Assembly: GCA_963770835.1 (NCBI GenBank)
Contig: CAVYRH010000002.1
Coordinates: 173,739-237,738, forward strand
From: an uncultured Pseudomonadota bacterium
GTDB lineage: Bacteria > Oederibacteriota > Muellerivitia > Muellerivitales > Muellerivitaceae
DNA: 64,000 bases
Direction of reading: 5' to 3'
The translations under genes were made by a program, and so were the position numbers. This document shows, in pieces, positions 10,040 through 19,390 of this stretch (its first letter is position 1; every line of letters starts with the position of its first letter). Under the pieces are notes generated by a model. That model had not been told where the DNA came from, ran no database searches, and worked only from the letters and a program-made list of their open reading frames with translations.

Positions 10040-11116
10040 TCAATAACTGGTGTTCAATACGGTGAAGGACCCGTTCCCAACCGAGGCGCTGCCCGTTGCC
10101 CCGTTGGAACCGCATGACGCGTGGAAGGCCGGGAATCCCCCGTCGCTGTAATAGCTGCAAGAGTAGTTGCCGGGGGAAAAGGTGATGACCCCGCCCTCGG
10201 CGTTGGTGTTCCCATTCGGGGTGTCAAAATAACCGGAGGTGCAGTTGGTGGAAGGTTCGTTGATCCACACCCTTACGGTGGCGCAGGAATTACTGCTTGA
10301 GACCGTCAAGGTTCCGTTGGCCTGTTTGACGAGGTTGCAAGAGTCATAATTGTTGAAATTAGGCTGGCTCCAGGTGACGGTCACGGTACTCGTGAAGTTT
10401 TTGGCGATGGTCTGAGGGGAACTTTCCGCTCTTGGGTAGGGAGTGGGCTCCAAGTCCAGTGCCGTCACCGAGAAGTATGCCGGCTCGTCCACGCAACCGC
10501 TCCCCGTTACCGTCACCGCCGCCGTGTCGTCCTCAAGGTAGCCAATAGTCGTTGGCCCATATCTCGTATTCCAACCCGAGGGTAGTTGGGAAAGCTTGAG
10601 CGTCACGGGAACCAGCAGGCTTCCCTGGTTGTAGGAGAGGCCGTAAAGGAAGATTCCGCCGTTGGTGCCGCTGATGCCGCTTGGAACCGGCGGCGTCAAC
10701 TGAAGGGTCGCCCCCGACGTGGTGAACTGGACTTCCTCAAACGACTGGGTAACCCCCATCGTCACCGTGGAGGGTGCATAGGGAAAAGGCGTCTGGGCCG
10801 GAATTACGAAGGTCCAGGTTCCAACTTCCAAATAAGGCGGGTTGAAGGTCGCAATTCCGGTTGTTGTGGTGGGAGCCGAAAAAGTCGTGGAGCCGGAGGG
10901 AGGTATTGCCTCAACCGTCAAACCCGCCACGCCCGCCCCCTTATCCACCACCGCGACCTGGACAGAGCCGGTGATCCTGGCAATAGGCGTGGGCGTCGGA
11001 GAAAAGGCCGTGTCTAGGGGTGAGGAAGGACTATTGGAGTGGCACCCCACCATGATTCCAACAATTCCAACCGGAAAGAGCATCAAAAGCACCAAGTAAA
11101 CAAACGCGTTCCTCAT
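10040..11116 (-). CDS. Lipoprotein with Ig-like Thr/Ser-rich domains and Cys-rich tail (adhesin-like)
   Basis: MRNAFVYL...IMVGC lipobox-like site, SPTPTP linker; RBS GGAGG. Confidence 0.65.
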   Translation of the reverse strand: MRNAFVYLVLLMLFPVGIVGIMVGCHSNSPSSPLDTAFSPTPTPIARITGSVQVAVVDKGAGVAGLTVEAIPPSGSTTFSAPTTTTGIATFNPPYLEVGTWTFVIPAQTPFPYAPSTVTMGVTQSFEEVQFTTSGATLQLTPPVPSGISGTNGGIFLYGLSYNQGSLLVPVTLKLSQLPSGWNTRYGPTTIGYLEDDTAAVTVTGSGCVDEPAYFSVTALDLEPTPYPRAESSPQTIAKNFTSTVTVTWSQPNFNNYDSCNLVKQANGTLTVSSSNSCATVRVWINEPSTNCTSGYFDTPNGNTNAEGGVITFSPGNYSCSYYSDGGFPAFHASCGSNGATGSASVGNGSFTVLNTSY

Positions 11117-11635
11117 ATCGAACCTCCTATACCTTTTCTTTGAACCCGTGATTCCCCGGCGGATTCCGCTTGAGGAACGGGGATTCAATTGTTCAAATAC
11201 GCTTCCTTGCGGGCCAAGGCATCCAATATCCAGCTAGGTTCCTTTTCCTGGCCGGCTTCTCCCACGGACGGATCGGCTTTTCCAATAACGCTTGGCGAGG
11301 CAGATTGGGTTTTACGCAAGACGAAAACCAAGGTGTGTTTCTTTTTGTGCGGGGTGGCGCAAGATGAAGCGCCCTGTTTCGAGGGAGTTCCTTTTTTCTC
11401 CAGGAAGGCAATGAGGAAGACGGTGGGGGAATTCAGCCGGAGGGCGGCCGAAAGCAACCCGGACGCCCCACGGCCGGTGAATCCCAATGCCGTAAGAACG
11501 GACCCCACCTTGAAATATACGACTCCGGCTAATACCGGCTTTTCCTGGTTCATATGGTTCACCCAATATTCCCGTTTCACTTTTTATGGCATCGACGGGA
11601 GGCCGCAAGAAAGAATACCTTTGTATACTTCCTTG

Positions 11636-11664
11636 AACATAGAAAGCCTTTCCCTCTTAGTCAA
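11636..11664 (-). promoter_or_regulatory. Putative sigma70 promoter of the T4SS operon
   Basis: TTGACT-N17-TATGTT on the minus strand. Confidence 0.45.
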
Positions 11665-12048
11665 TGCTCGCTGAAAAATATTTCCGGGATTTGTCAAAAA
11701 CCTGGAAAGGAATGGGAAGACGCGGTGTTGTTCCGGTTTTTCTTGGGCCCCAAGGTTTCGCTTCTTGAAAGCCGAAGGGATTAAGACGGACGGCCCTAGG
11801 AAAAGTTCCAAGATTTCAAAAATATTTTTTCCGGCAGTTATGCCGCTTTTTGTGCGGCCTCTAAGTTATCCACCGTTGTTCGTCCCTAAATTCACGGGTC
11901 CACCGTTAAACGGACGGGTTATCCACAATCATCAGTTACCAGCGTTAACCGTCATTTATACGGGCCGATATTCCACGGTTTAGTGGCGCAATTTGAATTT
12001 GTTGATACAAGGAAATGAAAATTTGGGTGGGTGGGAATTCACGGAAAA

Positions 12049-12507
12049 CTAATCGTCCAGGCTTCCCTCGTACTCAAAGGAACTTTCGATCTTCTTCTCG
12101 TGCCCGCAGGAGGAACAAGCCCAGACTTCCTTGAGGGAAGTTTCAACATACGGCATATCCACCGGGTGGATGAACTCAATATCCTGGTTGGGCGAAAAAA
12201 GCCGGTTGGAATAAAGAACCCCTCTTTCCGTTCGGGGGATGGCCCTGACCACTTCCCTCTCTTGGGTCACCTCGGTCTTGACCCGGTGAAGGGCGAAAAA
12301 CTGGCCGCAGTTGGGACAGCGGGATTTGATAACTTTTTTGATACCGTAGACGATGGGGCCCAAGGTCAGGACATAAAGCGGGTTCAAGATATAAAAAACC
12401 GCCGTCCCGGCGTCAAAAACGAATTTGAGGATGTAGCCCATGATCCCTAGGGCCACAAAGGCACCGATTGAGAGGAAAAAAGAAAAGATAAAAAAATGAT
12501 GAGTCAT
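12049..12507 (-). CDS. Membrane protein with zinc-ribbon
   Basis: Two TM helices; CPNC...CSSC. Confidence 0.7.
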   Translation of the reverse strand: MTHHFFIFSFFLSIGAFVALGIMGYILKFVFDAGTAVFYILNPLYVLTLGPIVYGIKKVIKSRCPNCGQFFALHRVKTEVTQEREVVRAIPRTERGVLYSNRLFSPNQDIEFIHPVDMPYVETSLKEVWACSSCGHEKKIESSFEYEGSLDD

Positions 12508-12681
12508 CAGTCACCGCCCAGCGCCACTCATTTCTTGATTCAATGCTATTACCCGAAGTAACCAGGGTCAAGAGAGGGAATAAACGGGCAAACGATTTTA
12601 TTTTTAACCGCCTCTTTTTTGACCCAACCGTCTAAGAACTATCTTTCAATCCAATTCCCGGCGGTGAGTGACGCTCATGAG

Positions 12682-13359
12682 TTACCTCACTGGTACCGGA
12701 TGCGCATCAAAGGATATATTCTTTTTTGGCCGTCCTGGCTTCTTGTACGGACGCCAATCCAAGGCCGTTGGGTTGAAGGGCGCAAACCAGTAATAGGTAA
12801 TAGAGCCGGGGGCCTTTAATGTCCTTGTGTATTGCAAGTAATGGTTCCGGTGCCTGAACTTTAATACTTCCATGATCCACTTGCGCCCCTTGCCCTTTCG
12901 ATGGGCCCATAAAAGGAAGCTGGCTTTAATCATCTTATAAGGGAATCCGGTTTTCCAGAGATCGTTCAGGGCCTTGCTTTGCATTAATGTTATTTTTGGT
13001 CCGAATCCCCTTTTGTTCCAGAAGCGAAAAAACCTGTGGCCGAAAGGTTCCTGGGGGTGCCTTTCCTTGATTTTTTGCCAGGTGTACCTCCAACCTATTG
13101 ATTTCCCTTTCCCGAACAACTTGCAAAAGTACCAATAAACGTTGTTCCTGTGGGCATTCATTGCCTTGGCGCTTCGGGCTAGGTTTCCTTCGTGGAGGGC
13201 AAACCATGTCATGTGATGGTGGAAGCGGAATACCTCGGGAGGGTTGCCGGCTTCCCATAGGGTGTTTAGGGTTTCTAAACCCTTTCTCAAATCCTTAAGA
13301 GAGTAGACGGGTTCAAAGACTGCATCCTTTAGTTTAAAAGGTCTTTTACGGGTGGTCAT
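12682..13359 (-). CDS. Basic DNA-binding protein: duplicated Fis-like HTH with C-terminal AT-hook-like motif
   Basis: GNLARSAKAMNAHRNNVY resembles the Fis HTH; KKPGRPKK; paralogue of the next gene. Confidence 0.6.
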   Translation of the reverse strand: MTTRKRPFKLKDAVFEPVYSLKDLRKGLETLNTLWEAGNPPEVFRFHHHMTWFALHEGNLARSAKAMNAHRNNVYWYFCKLFGKGKSIGWRYTWQKIKERHPQEPFGHRFFRFWNKRGFGPKITLMQSKALNDLWKTGFPYKMIKASFLLWAHRKGKGRKWIMEVLKFRHRNHYLQYTRTLKAPGSITYYWFAPFNPTALDWRPYKKPGRPKKNISFDAHPVPVR

Positions 13360-13499
13360 GATGGGGCCTAGTTTTTTTACACTCTCGGCCCTTAAAGCGG
13401 GCTAGGCATGACGAAAATTTCATAAGGCCGGAGAAACTACCCAAGAACTCAAAAAAAGAATACCGCTCGTAACTCTCGGGCTTTGGGTGAAATATTTTT

Positions 13500-14144
13500 T
13501 CATTTTTCAATCCTCGGCCTTCCCTTCATTCCCTTAGGATACCAATCCCCTATCGAAGGATTAAGCGGTTGGAGCCATTTCCAGGCCGGGGAACCCCTTT
13601 TGACAGCGGCAAAACGAATACGGTGGAGTGTCCGCAAATTGAATCTCAGCCGTTTTATAACCTCATCCCAACCCATTCCCCTCCTGAAAGACCAAAGAAC
13701 ATAATGCGACCTCAAAAGTTTGTAAGGAAACCCAGTCAGCCAAAAATCCACCAGGACCCGGTTTTCGGGAATGTTCAATCGCGGGCGTCCACCAGCGAAT
13801 TTATATAATTCCAAAACCATTAAAGGGAAGGGCCAGACCGGCTTCTTTTTGCATAAGGAATTCCATTTGGCCCTGAACCGGTAGGTCTTGGGCGTTCCCA
13901 CCAAAGCCTTGAAGACATATAAAATTTTGTTACGGTGGAATCCAGTGATCCGGGCCATAGCAGTCACGTAGCCATTAGTCTGGGCGAACCATGTGAAGTA
14001 AAAATGGAATTTTAAATCCTTGGGGGTGAGTCCCTTCGACCAAAGCCGGTCTAAAACCTTAAAGCCGTTTCTTAAAGCCCCGCCCTTCCCTTTGCGGTTA
14101 TCCATTTCGACAAAAGGGATATTGTTCCACATCCTCTTACTCAA
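13500..14144 (-). CDS. Paralogue of 12682-13359 (Fis-like HTH x2 + AT-hook-like motif)
   Basis: NGYVTAMARITGFHRNKIL, WLTGFPYKLL, KGRPR. Confidence 0.6.
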   Translation of the reverse strand: MSKRMWNNIPFVEMDNRKGKGGALRNGFKVLDRLWSKGLTPKDLKFHFYFTWFAQTNGYVTAMARITGFHRNKILYVFKALVGTPKTYRFRAKWNSLCKKKPVWPFPLMVLELYKFAGGRPRLNIPENRVLVDFWLTGFPYKLLRSHYVLWSFRRGMGWDEVIKRLRFNLRTLHRIRFAAVKRGSPAWKWLQPLNPSIGDWYPKGMKGRPRIEK

Positions 14145-14147
14145 AAC

Positions 14148-14474
14148 TTATTCCCCCTTATACTCGATTCCGATATTTTTAAAATAATTGACGATCCGGC
14201 GCTTCATCAGATTCAACTCAAGGGGGTTCGGCCCCCTTCCCAAAACGCCGTAAACTTCCAAACTGGCCATCCGGAAAAGTTCACAGAAGGTGTATTCCAC
14301 CCATTGCCGTTTTCCATCCCCGTCCAGGTCGTCGTAATCGCGTTGAAGGCTTTCCGGGCAAGGAATCTCCTCGAGGATTTCCAATGATAAATAACCATTC
14401 ATGAACCTGGCTACCCGCTCGATATCGGATGTTTTCTTGTCCTTCGGGTTGTAGGGGGCTGGGACTTCCGACAT
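14148..14474 (-). CDS. Hypothetical protein
   Basis: 108 aa ORF with RBS GGAGG. Confidence 0.65.
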   Translation of the reverse strand: MSEVPAPYNPKDKKTSDIERVARFMNGYLSLEILEEIPCPESLQRDYDDLDGDGKRQWVEYTFCELFRMASLEVYGVLGRGPNPLELNLMKRRIVNYFKNIGIEYKGE

Positions 14475-14520
14475 TAAACCTCCACCAAGTAAGTATTTTG
14501 ATATTTTAACCTATCCAAAT

Positions 14521-14550
14521 AAAAAAAGGGTTAGCCCTCGGAGCTAACCC
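14521..14550 (-). terminator. Intrinsic terminator ending the leading-region operon
   Basis: GGGTTAGCTCCGAGGGCTAACCC hairpin followed by a T7 tract on the minus strand. Confidence 0.8.
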
Positions 14551-14629
14551 CAATTCCCAACAGTTTCAATTTCCAATCCCTCAACGCCGCCACCTTTGGT
14601 CACAAAGGACACACCGGCAAAGGTGGCGG

Positions 14630-15178
14630 TTAACTCCCTTGTTTACACCGGCAAGGCATGATGACCCCATAATTCCTCTGGTTGCCCTCGCCCTTGTTAT
14701 TGGTGACTCGGATTGCCTCAAAAGTTATCAAGTTTCCCTTCCCGTCAAGGGGAAGGTGAAGCTTGACGCTCCCCTCATACCCTATGGCCCGGGCCAGACG
14801 GAATAGGAGCCCTGGGTCCAGGGCCAGGACTGACTCCCGGCGCTCCCCCGGTACGACGTTCTGCCATTTGGGGAACTCGCAATCCTTCAAGGGTCGCTCC
14901 GCCTTTAGAAGGCCTTCCTTCCGGTGTTGCCCTTCCAAGTCCCCGTTGGCCGACAGGTATACCGCATTTCCACATGAGGTGGTCCCTGCCCTCAACCGTT
15001 TCAAAAAGGAACCCGAAATATACCCTGGCGTGTCGTTCTGACCCCCATCCACAGGTATCACCGCCAGAATGTTTCCATCGGTCGCGACAACCTCCTTTCC
15101 CGTGAAATAAGGCTCCGATAAGGCCTCTTTATCCGGCGAGGCCGCAAATTCGATTTTGCAGTCGTTTTGAATGATCAT
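14630..15178 (-). CDS. DNA polymerase III beta-clamp-like domain protein (MGE type)
   Basis: VVATDGNILAV, EFPKWQNVVP and GVIMPCR echo DnaN motifs ATDGHRL, FPDY..V.P and VMPMR; only 182 aa. Confidence 0.6.
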   Translation of the reverse strand: MIIQNDCKIEFAASPDKEALSEPYFTGKEVVATDGNILAVIPVDGGQNDTPGYISGSFLKRLRAGTTSCGNAVYLSANGDLEGQHRKEGLLKAERPLKDCEFPKWQNVVPGERRESVLALDPGLLFRLARAIGYEGSVKLHLPLDGKGNLITFEAIRVTNNKGEGNQRNYGVIMPCRCKQGS

Positions 15179-15498
15179 TTTTCCGTTCCTTTCCGTTCCA
15201 TTTCGAATTCCTTAATTTTTGAATCCAGGCATTCCAACAAAGCCCCGCAAACATCCCAGCCCCTGGCCTCACTCAAACCCGTGAAGCTGAAATCCCCCCT
15301 GTCCAGATCGACCTCCCCGAAAGCTTCCTCGGTTTTATCCCAAAAGTAGTTTTTCAACTGTTCTAATAAGACCCCTATCCCCCGCTTGCGGATGAGGTAA
15401 GCCAACACGCCGTAAACGTCGGCTTCCTTGAGCCTTAACGGCTTCAACCTCCTTTCCATGCGTTTTTCCAGTTCCCGGAGTTTCTTCTGCGTTTCCAT
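15175..15498 (-). CDS. Hypothetical protein
   Basis: Likely start METQKKLRE after a GGAGGG RBS. Confidence 0.55.
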   Translation of the reverse strand: METQKKLRELEKRMERRLKPLRLKEADVYGVLAYLIRKRGIGVLLEQLKNYFWDKTEEAFGEVDLDRGDFSFTGLSEARGWDVCGALLECLDSKIKEFEMERKGTEK

Positions 15499-15985
15499 GG
15501 TTCCCTCCCCTTTTCGATTGAACAACATTCCTGAAAATCCGCCTGGTGTTCTTCGGGGAAAATTCAGCTTCCCCCCAAATGCCGACATAAGCAGGTTCGT
15601 AATTCTTCTTCCCTTCGCCGTTATCTTGTAAAACCCGCTTGATCTCCCCCCGCTTACCCCCCTCGGTGTCGTAGTCCACCAGTGCCACCCGGATGCAGGG
15701 TTTATTGGCAAGGATGGACTGAACGTTGCCGCCTTCCAGCACAAGGACGATCCGGGTGGGTTCCTGGTTCACGCTCACCAGGGAAAACAGGAGAAAGGCC
15801 AACCTCTCAGCCTCCACCTTTGAAATCCTCAAGGAAATAGGTTCAGTCTTTCCCGGCTTTTTGGACAAAACCGAAAGGTTGATCTCTCCTCTCACGTTCT
15901 TGAAAAGCTCCACCTTGCGGGGTACGAAGTAACCGTTCCTCCCCCGCGCCCACCCAATTCCGTTTAAATTTATTTCCTTTACCAT
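15335..15985 (-). CDS. Hypothetical protein (true C-terminus probably near 15510)
   Basis: IVLVLEGGNVQSI...VALVDYDTEG; the tail overlaps the next gene and looks off-frame. Confidence 0.5.
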   Translation of the reverse strand: MVKEINLNGIGWARGRNGYFVPRKVELFKNVRGEINLSVLSKKPGKTEPISLRISKVEAERLAFLLFSLVSVNQEPTRIVLVLEGGNVQSILANKPCIRVALVDYDTEGGKRGEIKRVLQDNGEGKKNYEPAYVGIWGEAEFSPKNTRRIFRNVVQSKRGGNHGNAEETPGTGKTHGKEVEAVKAQGSRRLRRVGLPHPQAGDRGLIRTVEKLLLG

Positions 15986-16030
15986 TTTCTTACTCCTTCC
16001 AGAGGCGCCCGCTTTACAAGCGTCCCTTAT

Positions 16031-16267
16031 TTAGTCCGGCTTACAACCCGCGCCGGGCATAAGCCCGACAACTTCGATCACCTGGGCCACACGTGGGAAA
16101 ATCTCGTTGAAACGAACCGGGCTCGCCCAATGAACCGGCTGGTTTGAGTCCGTTGGGTCCCACACCACGAACATGGCCGCCCTCATGCCAACCGCCGCCG
16201 TCCTTGCCTCCTCCCGGACGGCCTCGTAAACCTCCGGCCAAAGCTCCCTTGCGATTTCCTTAGTCAT
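16031..16267 (-). CDS. Small hypothetical protein
   Basis: 78 aa; RBS GGAGG. Confidence 0.55.
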   Translation of the reverse strand: MTKEIARELWPEVYEAVREEARTAAVGMRAAMFVVWDPTDSNQPVHWASPVRFNEIFPRVAQVIEVVGLMPGAGCKPD

Positions 16268-16306
16268 GCTCTTTCCTCCTTTCCTAAAGAATCCGGCCCA
16301 TGCTGT

Positions 16307-16728
16307 TCAGGCCGCCGCCTTCTCCAATTTGGTTTTAAAAATAAAGTCCATCGCGGCCTGGGCCTTTGCCGCCGCTGACAAAATGGCCCGCTTGTCATCC
16401 TTCAAGACCCGAATCCAATCCCCGATGTAATCAGAGTGCTGGGTGGCATAGGGGATTCCGACCGAGGCGCAAAGGAAAGCCGCCCCCATTTCCGCCACCA
16501 GTTCCTCGAAAGCGTAGGCCCTGTCCCCGAAACGCTTCCCGTTTTCCCGGTCCAGGCGGCTCCCGTGGCCGGTCCAATGATGTTGATTCCCCGGTAGGGT
16601 TTCCTCGTGCTGGCGTTGACGGGAAGGGGAAGCCCCCTTCCCTCCCCCCAGGGCTTCTCCCAAGGGGCGACACCCCGCCCCAAATCCCCCAAAACCCTGC
16701 TGGTGATTTCCTCCGCAATGTTCCTCAT
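16307..16728 (-). pseudogene. ardC: ArdC antirestriction/ssDNA-binding protein with large internal deletion and frameshift
   Basis: N-terminus ITSRVLGDLGRGVAPWEKPW...PVNASTRKPYRGIN joined directly to C-terminal HWTGH..RLDR..YAFEELVAEMGAAFL in another frame. Confidence 0.85.
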
Positions 16729-16817
16729 TTCTTTTCCTCCCATCTGTGCCCCGGCTACTAGCTGGGGCAAACGGTTTGATTGTGCCGGGCCTCAAACAAA
16801 GGCCCGGCTTAAGTTCC

Positions 16818-17206
16818 TTAAAGTGACTCAACAAGCCTTTGGAACTCCAAAAGCTCCAAGGGGTCCAGGGCGCATCCCACCGCCCCCAGAAACTCCGCCT
16901 CGGTCAGGCCGTCTTTCGAGTCCACCAGGGCGCGGTTCTCCATGGTCCTCCATCTCGTAAAAGAAGAAGCCTCCGGCCCTCCTTCCCAAAGTGGATTTCG
17001 TACCGGCCCCAAACCTTGAAGCTCCCAGACCCGAAACGATGGATGCGCCATAACCCCTCCTCAAAAACTCCAACCTTCCTCAAGCTTCCGGATGACCCGG
17101 TCGATCTCCTCATCCGAAACCTTCCAGTCCCCTTTGGGCCTTCGGCTCCTCGGCCTGACCCCCCTTCCGGTTTTCTTTCCTGCTTCTTTTCCTCTTCCAT
17201 TCCCAT
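16818..17206 (-). pseudogene. Degraded small ORF (frameshifts and stop)
   Basis: Protein-like pieces in three frames after a GGGGGTG RBS. Confidence 0.3.
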
Positions 17207-17249
17207 CACCCCCTTTCTTTTTGGTTTTTTTTGATGGCTTCGCATTCAA

Positions 17250-18123
17250 AAAACCGCCTTCCCCCTCCCCCCTCAAAAACCAGAGGGGGGAGGGGAAGGC
17301 AAAGCGGGAGTTTTGGGAGATCGTGAGTGGAAAGCGCGAAACTGCCGGAGGGAGAAAAAGGAAGGCCACCCTTTACTTTTGTGCGCCGCGCCTTTTGCTG
17401 GCGCAAAAGTTGCCGTGCAAGGGTGGCCGTGTAAGTAAACAAAGCCCTATGGGGCCTCGGGACGGGCTCCCGAAACTATCCGTCGTCCAAAGACCTCAAG
17501 TCCCGGACTTCACTGTCTGCTTTGGAGTTTGCTTTTAAACAGCCAAGGAAGGAACGAGCCAGATCTACCGGGAAGGTTTGAAAGGAATCCCCGCTACCCG
17601 AAGGCCCTTTCCCCGGCGGCAAACCGAGGCGGTTTTTTCATGTCACGCCGAAATTTGCCGCTGGGGAAAGGGCTTACTGAGGCCTCAAACGCCCCATCCA
17701 TTTATCGGCGGCGTGCCAGGGCCGCATTTGGCGGTGGCCCAGGCGTGCCGCCGCCTTTGCGGGGGGACCAATCCGAAATCCCCCTCACCGGATTGTCGAC
17801 TCCAAAACACCTTCCCCCGGAGGGCTAACTTACTTTGGCTGGCGGGCAAACCGGTGAGGGGGATTTCGGCTTGGTGGGGACCCCAAAGGAAAATGGATGG
17901 GAGGTGTGTCCGTGAACACCAAACCCCCAAGCGCGGTTTTGGGAGTCAAAGAGGGGCTTTACCCCTCTTTTAGGGGTTTGGGGGCGACGCCCCCCAAGGA
18001 AAGGGGTGGGCCAAGATCATCCCACAGTCTTTGTGGGATAGCTTGGCCCAGGGGGAAGGCCCACGTTCCAAGGCGCTTTCCCTTGGAACGTTCCCCCAAA
18101 CAAACAAAACACTGAATCGCCTA
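17250..18123. other. Hairpin-rich non-coding region, putative oriT / ssDNA-promoter region
   Basis: Perfect 19-bp IR 17773-17791/17851-17869, 11-bp IR 18063-18091 and other hairpins; directly upstream of the ardC block. Confidence 0.45.
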
Positions 18124-18152
18124 TGACCGGCCCCCCAAGTTTGTGCCACCAA

Positions 18153-19040
18153 TTAAGTCACTCCCGGAGTAGGAGTTCCTGAGGTCGTCATGGGCAAGGT
18201 GTTGCCTTTGGGCCCCATGACGACCGCCTCCGGGGCAGGCGGTTTATACCCCAGAGAGCTGTGCGGCCGTTTCGTATTGTACTCCTTCCTCCACCTCTCA
18301 GCGAGCACTCGGCCTTCCCACACCGTGTCGAGCAGTTCGCCGTTCAATAGTTCGTCCCTGAATTTGCCGTTGAAGCTTTCGTTATAGCCGTTCTCCCAAG
18401 GGCTTCCCGGTTCGATGAAAAGGGTCTTTACTCCCACCTTCGGGAGCCAGTCCTTCACCCTCTCCGCTGTGAATTCAGGCCCATTGTCGGAGCGGATGTG
18501 CTCCGGCACTCCCCGTTGGACGAACAAGTCCGTCAGCACTGCCTGCACGTCGTCCGCCGTAAACTTCCGAGCTACCGGCAGGGCCAGGCATTCACGGGTG
18601 AACTCATCGATCAGCGTCAGGAACCGAAGAGGCCGTCCGTCGCTGGTCCTCTCGGCGACGAAGTCATAGCTCCAAACGTGGTTGGGGTGTTCCGCCCTCA
18701 ACCTGACACAGGAACCATCCGTAAACCACAACCTCCTTCGTTTCGGCTGTTTTTTCGGTACTTTCAACCCTTCCTGCTTCCAAATCCTTTCCACCCGCTT
18801 CTTGTTGACCCTCCAGCCCTCCTCCTGAAGCATCTTGGTAATCCGCTTATACCCATACCGCCCGTACTGGCAGGCCAGCCGGAGAATGGCGGTCGTCAGG
18901 AGGTCCTCATCGGGCAGGATCTGAGGGATATATCGCTGGGTGCTCCGGGGTTGGCCGAGGGCCCGGCATACGCGCCGCTGGGAGGCTCGGTGGGTTTCAC
19001 ACGCTTCCCGAACCGCTTTTCGGCGCTTTTCCGGGCTTAG
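18153..19040 (-). CDS. IS3 transposase OrfB (DDE)
   Basis: WSYDF, RSDNGPEF, GSPWENGYNESFNG, YNTKRPHSSLG. Confidence 0.9.
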   Translation of the reverse strand, partial: LSPEKRRKAVREACETHRASQRRVCRALGQPRSTQRYIPQILPDEDLLTTAILRLACQYGRYGYKRITKMLQEEGWRVNKKRVERIWKQEGLKVPKKQPKRRRLWFTDGSCVRLRAEHPNHVWSYDFVAERTSDGRPLRFLTLIDEFTRECLALPVARKFTADDVQAVLTDLFVQRGVPEHIRSDNGPEFTAERVKDWLPKVGVKTLFIEPGSPWENGYNESFNGKFRDELLNGELLDTVWEGRVLAERWRKEYNTKRPHSSLGYKPPAPEAVVMGPKGNTLPMTTSGTPTPGVT

Positions 19041-19315
19041 GAGTTTCCCCGGGCCAAGTCTTTCAGGATGCGGTTATCCAGGGAGAGGTCGGCCACCACC
19101 CGCTTGAGCTGGGTATTCTCTTTCTCCAATTCCTTTAGGCGTTTGGCCTGGTCCAGCTTGAGACCGCCGTATTCTTTTCGCCAGCGGTAGTAGGTATGTG
19201 GGGTTATTTGAAGCTCACGGCAGACTTCTTCAACAGCACGGCCTTTGGACTGCTCAACCTCGGCCTGGCGCAACATGGAAATGATCTGCTCGGCGTTGTG
19301 TTTCTTCCTTGGCAT
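19037..19315 (-). CDS. IS3 transposase OrfA
   Basis: TYYRWRKEYGG...RLKELEKEN..LKRVVADLSLD. Confidence 0.9.
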   Translation of the reverse strand: MPRKKHNAEQIISMLRQAEVEQSKGRAVEEVCRELQITPHTYYRWRKEYGGLKLDQAKRLKELEKENTQLKRVVADLSLDNRILKDLARGNS

Positions 19316-19390
19316 AAATGCCCCCTTTTTCTTGGCCCATTATAGAAAAGTATGACTTTTCAACTGGACCAGGTTGAGGGGGGCGGGTCA

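Larger units (their letters stand above)
18124..19390 (-). mobile_element. IS3-family insertion sequence (IS407-like)
   Basis: Ends TGACCGGCCCCCC / TGACCCGCCCCCC; orfA HTH plus orfB DDE; GGGAAAC -1 slip site at 19043-19049; no target duplication. Confidence 0.92.

Noticed and set aside
11185..11608. ORFs upstream of the lipoprotein gene
   Set aside because: No motifs and weak RBS; several overlapping frames look equally implausible.
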